Shown: positions 10,860 to 19,885 of the stretch, piece by piece
How the letters are laid out: each line of letters opens with the position of its first letter
Numbering within the stretch: position 1 is the stretch's first letter
Assembly (NCBI GenBank): GCA_934293005.1
Contig: CAKQYA010000005.1
Location: 37,275 to 101,274 of the forward strand
From: an uncultured Bacteroidaceae bacterium
Lineage (GTDB): Bacteria > Bacteroidota > Bacteroidia > Bacteroidales > Bacteroidaceae
DNA length: 64,000 nucleotides
Direction: 5' to 3'
Notes under the pieces: generated by a model
Database searches by the model: none
Told to the model about the DNA's origin: nothing
What the model saw: only the letters and a program-made list of their open reading frames with translations
Program-made: the position numbers and the translations under genes

Positions 10860-10930
10860 GGGAACGAACCTGTTCCCGCATCAGAATGAATGTCCTCGCC
10901 CGAATTTGCAAGGGTGAGGATGTTTTCTTT
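10860..10930 (+). promoter_or_regulatory. terminator-like hairpins in pyrG 5' leader (possible attenuator)
   Basis: gggaac-gaacct-gttccc (10860-10877), then 8-bp stem cctcgccc/gggtgagg with 9-nt loop (10894-10919) followed by atgttttcttt. Confidence 0.35.
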
Positions 10931-10946
10931 ATAATACACAGGGGCT

Positions 10947-11149
10947 TTAACCCAAATCGGTCATTAGACCGAAACAGGGAAATTATCAGGACATTATTGT
11001 TTCTTTTCAACTCTTGTCAGCGTTTCTTTCGGCATCTTGCTTCCATTTGCGTTTCGACATAGCCTGCTATGCCTTCAACGCAACTGTCGCAACCTGCTCG
11101 AAACAAACACTAACAAGATTTGAAATCTAATGACCGATTTTGGTTTAAT
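10947..11149. mobile_element. MITE-like ~200-bp element, copy 1, with ~22-bp terminal inverted repeats
   Basis: left end ttaacccaaatcggtcattagacc, right end tctaatgaccgattttggtttaa (inverse complement); internal ~140 bp about 85-90% identical to 16125-16250; ends 33 bp before pyrG ATG. Confidence 0.5.
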
Positions 11150-11181
11150 CGAGGTGTCCACATAAACACACAAACATACAT

Positions 11182-12783
11182 ATGAAAACAAACTACATTT
11201 TTGTTACAGGAGGAGTGGTGAGTTCCCTTGGCAAAGGCATTATCTCAGCCTCTCTCGGCAAGTTGCTGCAAGCACGCGGCTACAGCATCACCATCCAGAA
11301 GTATGATCCCTACATCAACATTGATCCTGGCACGCTCAATCCTTATGAGCATGGCGAATGCTATGTGACCATCGATGGTCAGGAGACAGATCTTGACCTC
11401 GGACATTATGAACGCTTCACGGGCATTCAGACCACTCGCGCTAATAATGTCACCACAGGGCGCATATATCAGAACGTCATGGAGCGTGAGCGACAAGGAG
11501 GCTATCTTGGCCGCACCATCCAGGTGATACCTCATATCACGGATGAGATAAAGAAAAACATGCGAGCTCTTGGCGATACAGGCAAGTATGATTTCATCAT
11601 TACAGAGATTGGCGGCACCATTGGCGATATTGAGAGCCTTCCTTTCTTGGAGTCTATTCGTCAGCTGCGATGGGAAATGCCCGAGAACACCGTGTGCCTC
11701 CATCTCACATATGTGCCATACATAGCGGCTGCGGGCGAACTGAAGACAAAGCCTACCCAGCATTCTGTTAACAATCTGCAGAGCCTTGGCATACAGCCCG
11801 ACATCCTTGTGCTTCGTGCTGAACATGAACTGCCTCGCTCGCTCATGGACAAAGTGTCGTCGTTCTGCAATGTTGAAAAGCAATGCGTGGTGCAGAGCCC
11901 CGACTTGCCAAGCATATACGAGGTGCCTGTTAAGATGCAAGAGCAAGGGCTTGACGCAGCTGTCCTGCGCAAATTTGACATTGACCCGTCATCATCTGTT
12001 GCTGACTTGAAGTCGTGGCATCATTTCCTTGATAAGCGCAATGGTGCGCAGCGCACGCTTCGCATCGGCCTTGTGGGCAAGTATGACCTTCAAGATGCCT
12101 ACATCTCCATACATGAGTCGCTCTCGCATGCAGCTGCATATAACGACTGCCGCGCATCCTTCGTCTTCATCAACAGTGAGCATCTCACTAAAGACAATGC
12201 GGCTGATGCCATCGATGCCTGTGATGGCATCATCATATGCCCCGGCTTTGGCACAAGGGGAATAGAGGGAAAAATAATAGCTGCTCAGTATTGCCGTGAA
12301 CATGATGTGCCCACATTTGGCATATGTTTGGGCATGCAGATAATGGTGATAGAGTATGCGCGCAATGTTCTTGGCCTTGCTGATGCCAATAGCCGCGAGA
12401 TGGATGCTGACACGCCCAATAATGTCATTGACATCATGGAAGAGCAGAAGCATATCACTAATATGGGCGGCACCATGCGCCTTGGTGGTTATGAATGCCA
12501 TCTCTTGCCTGGCAGCAAGATACATGAAGCGTATGGCGTGGATGATATTGTGGAGCGTCATCGCCATCGTTATGAGTTCAATAACGACTTCCGCAGTTCT
12601 TTTGAAGCCAAGGGCATGCGCTGTGTGGGCTTCAATCCGCAGAACGGACTGGTGGAAGCTGTTGAATCAGAAAATAACAGCTGGTACATCGGTGTTCAGT
12701 ATCATCCTGAATATTCCAGCACTGTGCTCAAGCCGCATCCGCTGTTCATGAGTTTTGTTAAAGAGATTATCAGCAGATCATAG
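11182..12783 (+). CDS. pyrG: CTP synthase
   Basis: 533 aa; MKTNYIFVTGGVVSSLGKGI N-term synthetase domain, C-terminal GATase (GICLGMQ..., HRHRYEFN). Confidence 0.9.
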   Translation: MKTNYIFVTGGVVSSLGKGIISASLGKLLQARGYSITIQKYDPYINIDPGTLNPYEHGECYVTIDGQETDLDLGHYERFTGIQTTRANNVTTGRIYQNVMERERQGGYLGRTIQVIPHITDEIKKNMRALGDTGKYDFIITEIGGTIGDIESLPFLESIRQLRWEMPENTVCLHLTYVPYIAAAGELKTKPTQHSVNNLQSLGIQPDILVLRAEHELPRSLMDKVSSFCNVEKQCVVQSPDLPSIYEVPVKMQEQGLDAAVLRKFDIDPSSSVADLKSWHHFLDKRNGAQRTLRIGLVGKYDLQDAYISIHESLSHAAAYNDCRASFVFINSEHLTKDNAADAIDACDGIIICPGFGTRGIEGKIIAAQYCREHDVPTFGICLGMQIMVIEYARNVLGLADANSREMDADTPNNVIDIMEEQKHITNMGGTMRLGGYECHLLPGSKIHEAYGVDDIVERHRHRYEFNNDFRSSFEAKGMRCVGFNPQNGLVEAVESENNSWYIGVQYHPEYSSTVLKPHPLFMSFVKEIISRS

Positions 12784-12831
12784 ACATATGGCTGTTGCTG
12801 CGAAGCAGTGGCTTTATTGTAGTAGATATTT

Positions 12832-12879
12832 GAGAAGCGTTTCGTCATCATGACACGAAACGCTTCTTTTGCTTCTTAT
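12832..12879 (+). terminator. rho-independent terminator after pyrG
   Basis: gagaagcgtttcgtcat-catgac-acgaaacgcttc followed by ttttgcttc. Confidence 0.7.
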
Positions 12880-13182
12880 GAGTGTCAAAAGCTATTTGCA
12901 TGTGTAAATATGCGTGTTAATCTGTCAGGAGTGTTTATTTATATGTATCATAACACCTGTAAAGTGCTTAATTGTATGGATGCCGTAATTATTTTGCAAA
13001 AAAACATGCATATTTGAGATTTCTTTTGTATCTTTGTTTTGGCTTTGAATTTTTATCTTTATTATTTGGCGATTATAAAGATACTCATTTTTGTGGGGTA
13101 TAAAACGATAGAGCCTTTTGTTTTAAAATTAAGTTGAATCTTGTTTGTTTTTTTACTTACATAACTTTAGTAAATTTATAAT

Positions 13183-14207
13183 ATGGATAAATTAGTAACG
13201 GTTGTAATCCCCTGTTATAATGCTGAGAAATGTATAGGCTCTTGTCTTAAAAGTGTATTGTCACAAACATATTCTAATTTGGAAATAATTGTGATTAACG
13301 ATGCATCTAAAGACAGAACGCTGTTGAAATTACAGGAGTATGGAAAGATTGATAGTAGAATCAGAGTACTGAATAACCTACAACAGGGGGGGTAGATATT
13401 TCACGATTCCGTGGAATATCAGAGGCTAATGGTGATTATTTGTGCTTTGTGGATGCTGATGATTGGATTCCAGGCAACGCCATAGACATAATGGTTAAAC
13501 ATGCTGAAGAAACAAATGCGGATGTTGTTGAAGGTGGTATGACAAGAGTGTTGGGAAGACACAAATTTGCAAAATATTTCCACACAAAAACTTATAAAGA
13601 AATTACAACACCAGAACTCTTTGATGATTATTTCATTTCATTCTTCGGAGTGAATATTCTTAGTGTGAATTTATGTGGAAAAATATTTAAAAAAGAATTG
13701 TTTCAAAATCCTGAATTGAAACCGTCTGGTTTTAAGATGGGTGAAGATTTGATACTGAATATGCGAATATTCCCTTCTATTTCAAAATATATAGTTATAG
13801 AAGAAAATGTTTATTTCTATCGATATGGCGGTGGTACATCCCGTTATAATCCAAATATGTATTCTGATTTGAAGTCTCAGTATTATATAAAGTTGGATGC
13901 TATCAAGAAATATAAATACGCCAAAGCCCTTCGAACTACAAAAATCGAAATGTGTAATGTGTTGCATAGTCAGATTATACAAATGTTGGTTTATGGCTAT
14001 CCTTATTCTGATGTGAAGGATTTCTTTGCTGAAGAAGTTGCTTCAGGGTTTGTAGATGAAATAACGAAAGACGTTGATTACAGACTTGATTATTATCCTT
14101 TATTAAAGAAAAAGGATATAGATGGAATTATTGCTTTAGACAAAGAGGTTGTACGTAAAGGAAAAATAACAAAGATAGTCAAACATCTTTTAAATAAGCT
14201 TTTGTGA
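13183..14207 (+). pseudogene. family-2 glycosyltransferase interrupted by a -1/+2 frameshift inside a G7 homopolymer (candidate phase-variable gene)
   Basis: frag 1 (13183-13395): MDKLVTVVIPCYNAEK...IIVINDASKDRT...RIRVLNNLQQGG*; frag 2 frame, read upstream of its called start: GGVDISRFRGISEANGDYLCFVDADDW... (GT2 NxGGxxxARNxGIxxAxGDYxxFxDxDD motif); the two frames fuse if the G tract were 8 (or 5); islet is ~33% GC versus flanks. Confidence 0.75.
13386..13392 (+). repeat. poly-G (G7) homopolymeric tract at the frameshift point of the GT2 gene
   Basis: caacaGGGGGGGtag; ORF1 stop TAG immediately follows the tract. Confidence 0.9.
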
Positions 14208-14383
14208 ACATGAATGGTCACATGCTGTTGAAACAAATTATGAACATCTTCTTTTGCAAATTGTCTGCGACCACTTGCTTGCGATATTGCTTTATGTGAT
14301 TTTTTCAGCTTTATTGTTGCTCAACTTGAAATATTGTTGTATGTTTGCATGTGATTATCAATATTTATTTTTAAGGTAAAGTT

Positions 14384-14977
14384 ATGAATGTAAAGAAAAA
14401 TCTGGGATGGATCATCCCTCTTGCTATTGTGGCATTGCTTGCTCTATGGGGAGCAGGGGCGTATAACGGCATGGTTTCCATGGACGAGAATGTGCAGAAC
14501 AAATGGGCTAATGTGGAAACACAGTATCAGCGTCGTGCGGACCTCATACCTAATCTGGTCAACACCGTTAAGGGATATGCTGCACATGAGAAGACCACAC
14601 TGGAGGATGTGGTGAAAGCTCGCAGTGAGGCAACATCTGTAAAGATTGACCCAACCAACATCACGCCAGAGCAGATGAAGCAGTATCAGGCGGCTCAAGG
14701 CAGCGTGTCGTCAGCACTCGGACGCCTGCTTATGGTGGCAGAGAACTATCCTGAACTGAAGGCTAATGAGAATTTCCTTGAACTGCAGTCGCAGCTTGAG
14801 GGCACAGAAAACCGCATCAATGTGGCGCGCAAGGATTTCAATGATGCAGCCAAGGAATATAATGTGAGCATCCGCCGTTTCCCAAAGAGCATCATCGCTG
14901 GAATGTTTGGCTTTGAGAAGAAGACATATTTTGAAGCTGAGGCTGGCAGCGAGAAAGCTCCTGAAGTTCAGTTTTGA
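14384..14977 (+). CDS. LemA family protein
   Basis: 197 aa; N-terminal TM helix, then LemA-like sequence (NKWANVETQYQRRADLIPNLVNTVKGYAAHE...). Confidence 0.8.
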   Translation: MNVKKNLGWIIPLAIVALLALWGAGAYNGMVSMDENVQNKWANVETQYQRRADLIPNLVNTVKGYAAHEKTTLEDVVKARSEATSVKIDPTNITPEQMKQYQAAQGSVSSALGRLLMVAENYPELKANENFLELQSQLEGTENRINVARKDFNDAAKEYNVSIRRFPKSIIAGMFGFEKKTYFEAEAGSEKAPEVQF

Positions 14978-15039
14978 TGGTAGCAACTTGTAAAGCATAT
15001 CCTGAAGAATATTGGTTCAATAGGACAAACGCATCGTTC

Positions 15040-15957
15040 ATGAATATTAAGAAATGTATCTTGGCTGTTATTGCAGTATGGCTCATGTCGTTTCATCTTA
15101 TGGCTTCCGAAACAGTGGCTTACAAGGTGGAAACGGTGCCTAATGTGCGTCTGCAAGACAGCAGAGAATATGTGTCAGACCCAGCATCGCTGCTCACTGC
15201 TGCAACGCATGATAGCATCAATGCCATTTTCTCGCGCCTTGAGTCTTCCACAGGCATTGAGGCAGCTGTTGTCATGTTGCCATCAATAGGTGAGGCTGAT
15301 CCATTCAGTTTCTCTGTTGATTTGTTCAGACGATGGGGCATCGGCAAGAAAAAGAATGATAATGGCTTGTTGGTTCTGTATGTGGAAGACCAGCATAACA
15401 TACGCTTCACCACTGGCTATGGTATAGAAGGCACACTGACTGACGCTCTGAGCAAACGCATACAGATGCGCTATATGGTGCCAGCCTTTAAGAATGGTGA
15501 CCGCGACAGGGGCATGTTGCAAGGGTGCAAGGCCGTGGCAGGCGTGCTTGACGGCTCTATGCAGCCAGACGAGACTGAAGACGAATATGACTTTATTGGC
15601 GGTCTGGTTATCGCCATGATTATTTGGGCGGCTATTTTGATGATGGTCGTTCTGTCACGCCGCAAGCGCAAGTGCCCTCAGTGCAAGAAGCGCAAACTTG
15701 TGTTGCGTTCTTCTCGTGAACACATTGTCAATGGACGTCATTACAGAAAGAGCGTGTATCAATGTTCTCACTGCGGCAAAGTGGTGGAAGAGGACCGACG
15801 CGCAGATGACGATGATGATGGAGCACTCTTGACTGGCATGACCATAGGTTCAATCTTAGGCAGCAGTCGTGGTGGCGGTTTCAGTGGTGGCGGTTTCAGC
15901 GGCGGAAGCTTTGGAGGCGGCAGCACTGGTGGAGGCGGAGCAGGATCAAGCTGGTGA
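15040..15957 (+). CDS. TPM (YgcG-like) domain protein with TM helix, Zn-ribbon (CPQC...CSHC) and Gly-rich tail
   Basis: ORF 14974-15957, likely start MNIKKCILAV (signal/TM); LemA-TPM gene pairing is a common synteny; tail GGGFSGGGFSGGSFGGG. Confidence 0.7.
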   Translation: MNIKKCILAVIAVWLMSFHLMASETVAYKVETVPNVRLQDSREYVSDPASLLTAATHDSINAIFSRLESSTGIEAAVVMLPSIGEADPFSFSVDLFRRWGIGKKKNDNGLLVLYVEDQHNIRFTTGYGIEGTLTDALSKRIQMRYMVPAFKNGDRDRGMLQGCKAVAGVLDGSMQPDETEDEYDFIGGLVIAMIIWAAILMMVVLSRRKRKCPQCKKRKLVLRSSREHIVNGRHYRKSVYQCSHCGKVVEEDRRADDDDDGALLTGMTIGSILGSSRGGGFSGGGFSGGSFGGGSTGGGGAGSSW

Positions 15958-15988
15958 CGTGCCTCGTCATGCATGCAACATAAACAAT

Positions 15989-16040
15989 GAAAAGCATCCC
16001 TCTTGCAATGATAAGTTTTGCAAGAGGGATGCTTTTTATT
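15989..16040 (+). terminator. rho-independent terminator after TPM gene
   Basis: aaagcatccctcttgcaa-tgataagt-tttgcaagagggatgcttttt attgtttg. Confidence 0.75.
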
Positions 16041-16077
16041 GTTTGTATGACAAGCTGAAGCTTTGCTGGGCTGTTTA

Positions 16078-16273
16078 TTCCAATTTGGTCATCATGCCGA
16101 AATAGAAAGATTGTTGGGATATCATAGTTTCTTTTCAACTCTTGAAAGCGTTTCTTTCAGCATCTTGCTTCCATTCGTGTTTCGACATAGCCCGCTATGC
16201 CTTCAACGCAGGCTGTCGCAATCTGCTCGAAACAGACATTGACAAGACCTAAAATCTAATGACCGATTTCGAC
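16078..16273. mobile_element. MITE-like ~200-bp element, copy 2 (left TIR degenerate), abutting the upp stop codon
   Basis: right end aaaatctaatgaccgatttcgac ends at 16273, upp stop (rc TAA) is 16274-16276; interior homologous to 10975-11125; degenerate left end ttccaatttggtcatcatgccgaaa. Confidence 0.5.
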
Positions 16274-16933
16274 TTATTCCTTTGTGCCATACATGAGGTC
16301 GCCAGCATCTCCAAGACCGGGGACTATGAACTTTCGGTCGTTGAGTGAGGGGTCAATAGCGCCGCAGAAAAGAATGACGTCATCTTTGGGAAATACTTGC
16401 TTGAGGTGTTTCACGCCTGCTTCTGAGGCGATGACGCAGGCAAGGATGAGTTTTTTGGGATGTCCTTTGGTTATGAATGCCCGATAGGCCAGTTCCATGC
16501 TCTCTCCTGTGGCGAGCATAGGGTCTACTATGAGCAAGGTTTTGTCATCGAGCAATGGTGAAGCCATATATTCAATCTTGACGCCTATCTTCGTGCACTC
16601 CTTGTCTGTATAATAGCGGAAGGCTGAGAGAAATGAGTTGCCTGCCTCGTCAAAGAAATCAAGGAAACCCTGGTGGAGGGGAAGGCCAGCACGGAAGACG
16701 GTAGCTATCACCACATCGTCGTCGTATGTGTTTGTCTTGCTGGTGCCAAGTGGTGTCTGCACTTCCTTTGTGGAGTAGGAAAGGTATTTGCTTGCCTCAT
16801 ATGCCTCGATGTGTCCGATGCGGCGTATGTTCTCACGGAAGCGCATACGGTCATTCTGGATGTTCACGTCACGAAGCTGGCTCATGAACTTGTTGATGAT
16901 AGAGTTTTCTTTTCCGAGATTGATTACTTTCAT
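16274..16933 (-). CDS. upp: uracil phosphoribosyltransferase
   Basis: 219 aa; MKVINLGKENSIINKFMSQLRDVNIQ..., PRPP-binding LLIVDPMLATGES, C-term GLGDAGDLMYGT. Confidence 0.9.
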   Translation of the reverse strand: MKVINLGKENSIINKFMSQLRDVNIQNDRMRFRENIRRIGHIEAYEASKYLSYSTKEVQTPLGTSKTNTYDDDVVIATVFRAGLPLHQGFLDFFDEAGNSFLSAFRYYTDKECTKIGVKIEYMASPLLDDKTLLIVDPMLATGESMELAYRAFITKGHPKKLILACVIASEAGVKHLKQVFPKDDVILFCGAIDPSLNDRKFIVPGLGDAGDLMYGTKE

Positions 16934-16990
16934 TTTGAATTGTTGATGTGTCTTTGTGGTTATTATTGTTTATACAGTTAGTTGCTGCCT

Positions 16991-18328
16991 TCACTGATTC
17001 TTGAGGTGAGGCTTGTCTTTCCCATTGAAGCTTTTCACCTTCATCCCGAGCTGCGGAGGCAAGATGGCATTGAGGAATATGCCCACAAGTGCAGCGAGTG
17101 CAAGTCCTGATATAGTGACAGGCCCTATCTCCACTCCTCCGTTGGTGCCATATTGCACACCTATGGATATGACAAGGATGAGTGCAGCCACGAAGACGTT
17201 GCGTGATGAAGAGAAGTCGACAGATGTTTCAACAAGGTTTCTCACTCCTACAGCTGATATCATGCCGTAGAGGATCAAGCTCACACCGCCGATGGTTGCT
17301 GCAGGCATCAGACCAATGAGGCATGCGAATTTAGGGCAGAAGCTGAGCAGGATGGCCAAGACTGCTGCCAGACGGATTACGGCAGGGTCAAATACCTTGG
17401 TAAGGTTGAGCACGCCAGTGTTCTCGCCGTATGTGGTGTTGGCTGGCGCGCCGAAGAGTGAAGCGAGAAGCGTGGCGAGGCCATCACCGCTTAGTGTGCG
17501 GTGCAAGCCTGGCTCTTTGATGAAGTTTTTGCCCACAGTGCTCTGTATGGCGCACATGTCGCCTATATGTTCCATGATGGTTGCGAAGGCGATGGGGAAG
17601 ATGGCTATGACAGATGTGATGATGAGTTCGATGTTTGGCTCTTTAGCCACTGCCACCACGGTGCGGTCCATATTTATTGGCAAGCCAATCCATGCTGCTT
17701 GGTCAAGTTTGGAGAAGTCGACTTCTCCGAGAGCTGCTGCCAATATGTATGAACCAAGCACGCCAAGAAGGATTGGCACTATTTTGATGATGCCTTTGCC
17801 CCAGATGGATGAACTTATGACAATGACAATTGCCACTATGGCCAGCAGCCAGTTTTGCTGGCAGTTGCTGATGGCTGAGCCTGACAGCGTGAGTCCGATG
17901 GCAATGACCATTGGGCCTGTCACTACAGGCGGGAAAAAGCGCATGACTTTCTCCGTGCCGAACATCTTGAGGAGGAACGCCATGGCAAAATACAGCAATG
18001 ACGCTGCTGCCACACCAAGACAAGCGTAGTTCAGCGCCATTTCATCAGTGAGTCCTTGGGCCACGCATAATTGCTTCACAGAGGCGTATCCGCCAAGAAA
18101 CGCAAAGCTTGAGCCAAGAAATGCAGGTACCTTCATCTTTGAGAGAAGATGAAAGATGAGTGTGCCTATTCCTGCAAAGAGCAATGTGGCGCTCACATCG
18201 AGTCCTGTGATGAGCGGCACGAGTATGGTGGCGCCAAACATGGCGAAGAGATGCTGGATGCCGAGCACCATGAATTTTGTTTTTCCTAATGATTTGGCAT
18301 CATATATGCCTTGGTTGTCTGTGTCCAT
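16991..18328 (-). CDS. uraA: uracil/xanthine permease (NCS2 family)
   Basis: 445 aa polytopic; NCS2 family-like sequence; adjacent and co-oriented with upp. Confidence 0.8.
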   Translation of the reverse strand: MDTDNQGIYDAKSLGKTKFMVLGIQHLFAMFGATILVPLITGLDVSATLLFAGIGTLIFHLLSKMKVPAFLGSSFAFLGGYASVKQLCVAQGLTDEMALNYACLGVAAASLLYFAMAFLLKMFGTEKVMRFFPPVVTGPMVIAIGLTLSGSAISNCQQNWLLAIVAIVIVISSSIWGKGIIKIVPILLGVLGSYILAAALGEVDFSKLDQAAWIGLPINMDRTVVAVAKEPNIELIITSVIAIFPIAFATIMEHIGDMCAIQSTVGKNFIKEPGLHRTLSGDGLATLLASLFGAPANTTYGENTGVLNLTKVFDPAVIRLAAVLAILLSFCPKFACLIGLMPAATIGGVSLILYGMISAVGVRNLVETSVDFSSSRNVFVAALILVISIGVQYGTNGGVEIGPVTISGLALAALVGIFLNAILPPQLGMKVKSFNGKDKPHLKNQ

Positions 18329-18522
18329 TCTTTATAAGTTTTAATAATGAATAATTCGTGATTTGTTAGCGTTGGCCTAAATTGGTGCAAAAATAATCAA
18401 AAGAGTTTGAAGCAGCAAGATTTTCTTTATAATTTTTTAAGTAGGCGCTCATACCTATTATCTGAAAACAAAAAACTTGAGTGAATTATGCTGTATTCTT
18501 TGTTTTGTTGTATGCGATTTGC

Positions 18523-18530
18523 TAACTTTG
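18523..18530 (+). promoter_or_regulatory. -7 promoter box TAACTTTG upstream of MFS transporter
   Basis: TAnnTTTG consensus. Confidence 0.35.
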
Positions 18531-18688
18531 CACCATAAATCATGCGGCTCTGCTCATATGCAATGCATCATGCGTGAATTATGATTTTTTATGAGCGCAA
18601 GGGCTGATCAACTCGTTCGTGAAGAACTTCGTATGCAAATGGCAATAACATTTGCTGAGAATACATATTTATATATGTGTAGATTGTA

Positions 18689-19885
18689 ATGGCACATTCG
18701 ACTATGGAACAAAAAGAAAAGTTGTGGAACATAAACTATGTTAAGGTATGGCTCGCTAATTTCATGATATTTTTCTCCTTCATGATAGTGACGCCGCTTC
18801 TACCCCTGTATTTGAGCGACACTTATAGCGCGGATAAAGACACTATTGGCTTTGTGCTTTCTGGCTATACGCTCACGGCCCTCGTGGCACGTCCGTTGGC
18901 AGGCTATCTTGTTGACAGCTATAAGAGAAAAGTGGTGCTTCTCACATGCTATTTCTTGTTTTTTGCCTTCTTTGCAGGCTATTTGATAGCAGGCACTATG
19001 ACACTCTTCACCCTTGTGCGCACTTTGCATGGAGCGCCCATGGGCTCTGTCACAGTGGCAAACAGCACAAGTGCCATTGATGTGCTTGCGCCATCGCGCA
19101 GGGCAGAGGGCATAGGATACTACGGCCTTTCAAACAATCTTGCCACGAGCATTGCGCCAACGGCAGGACTGATGGTGTATGATTGTGTTGGCAATTATGA
19201 CACATTGTTTGTCATTGCCCTGTGTGCGGCGGGCTTGGGATTTTGCATAAATGCAAGTGTGAAATTCCCCGATAAGGAAATAGTGCCCAATAAGTCTCCA
19301 ATGTCGTTCGACAGGTTCTTCCTTGTGGAAGGATGGAGCGAAGGACTGGTCATGGTGTGCATAGGGCTGTCATATGGTGTGCTTGCCACATACCTTGCCA
19401 TATATGGAAAAGAAGCGTTGGGAATGACAGCAGGCACAGGAGCATGGTTTGCCGTGTTGAGTGGCGGACTGATACTCTCTCGGCTTGTCGGCGCAAGAAC
19501 CCTCAGGCAGGGCAAGGTGGTGGAGAATGTGAACCATGGCATCTTGGTGAGTGTGTTTGGATATCTGCTTTTTGCCGCAGTGAAGCATCCTGTGGGATTC
19601 TATGGGGCGGCACTCATCATAGGTCTTGGCAATGGACATATATGGCCAGGCATGCAGACCATGTTTATCAATCTTGCGCCAAACAACAAGAGGGGCACGG
19701 CCAATTCATCACAGTTGACATGCTGGGACATAGGCATGGGACTTGGAGTGGTGCTTGGTGGATTGGCTATACATTCTGTAGGCTACGCAGCAGCATTCTG
19801 GATGGCTTTTGCTGTTAATGTGGCAGGAGTGGCTCTTTATTTTGGTTATGTGAGGCAACATTTCATCGGACACAGGCTCAGATGA
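18689..19885 (+). CDS. MFS transporter
   Basis: 398 aa, 12 predicted TM segments, MFS-like G-x-L-x-D-R/K motifs. Confidence 0.7.
   Translation: MAHSTMEQKEKLWNINYVKVWLANFMIFFSFMIVTPLLPLYLSDTYSADKDTIGFVLSGYTLTALVARPLAGYLVDSYKRKVVLLTCYFLFFAFFAGYLIAGTMTLFTLVRTLHGAPMGSVTVANSTSAIDVLAPSRRAEGIGYYGLSNNLATSIAPTAGLMVYDCVGNYDTLFVIALCAAGLGFCINASVKFPDKEIVPNKSPMSFDRFFLVEGWSEGLVMVCIGLSYGVLATYLAIYGKEALGMTAGTGAWFAVLSGGLILSRLVGARTLRQGKVVENVNHGILVSVFGYLLFAAVKHPVGFYGAALIIGLGNGHIWPGMQTMFINLAPNNKRGTANSSQLTCWDIGMGLGVVLGGLAIHSVGYAAAFWMAFAVNVAGVALYFGYVRQHFIGHRLR

Noticed and set aside
10801-10880. ggaatcgaac (rc gttcgattcc, T-loop-like) suggested a minus-strand tRNA upstream of pyrG
   Set aside because: No complementary T-stem or acceptor stem could be drawn on the reverse complement. 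Treated as part of the pyrG leader instead.
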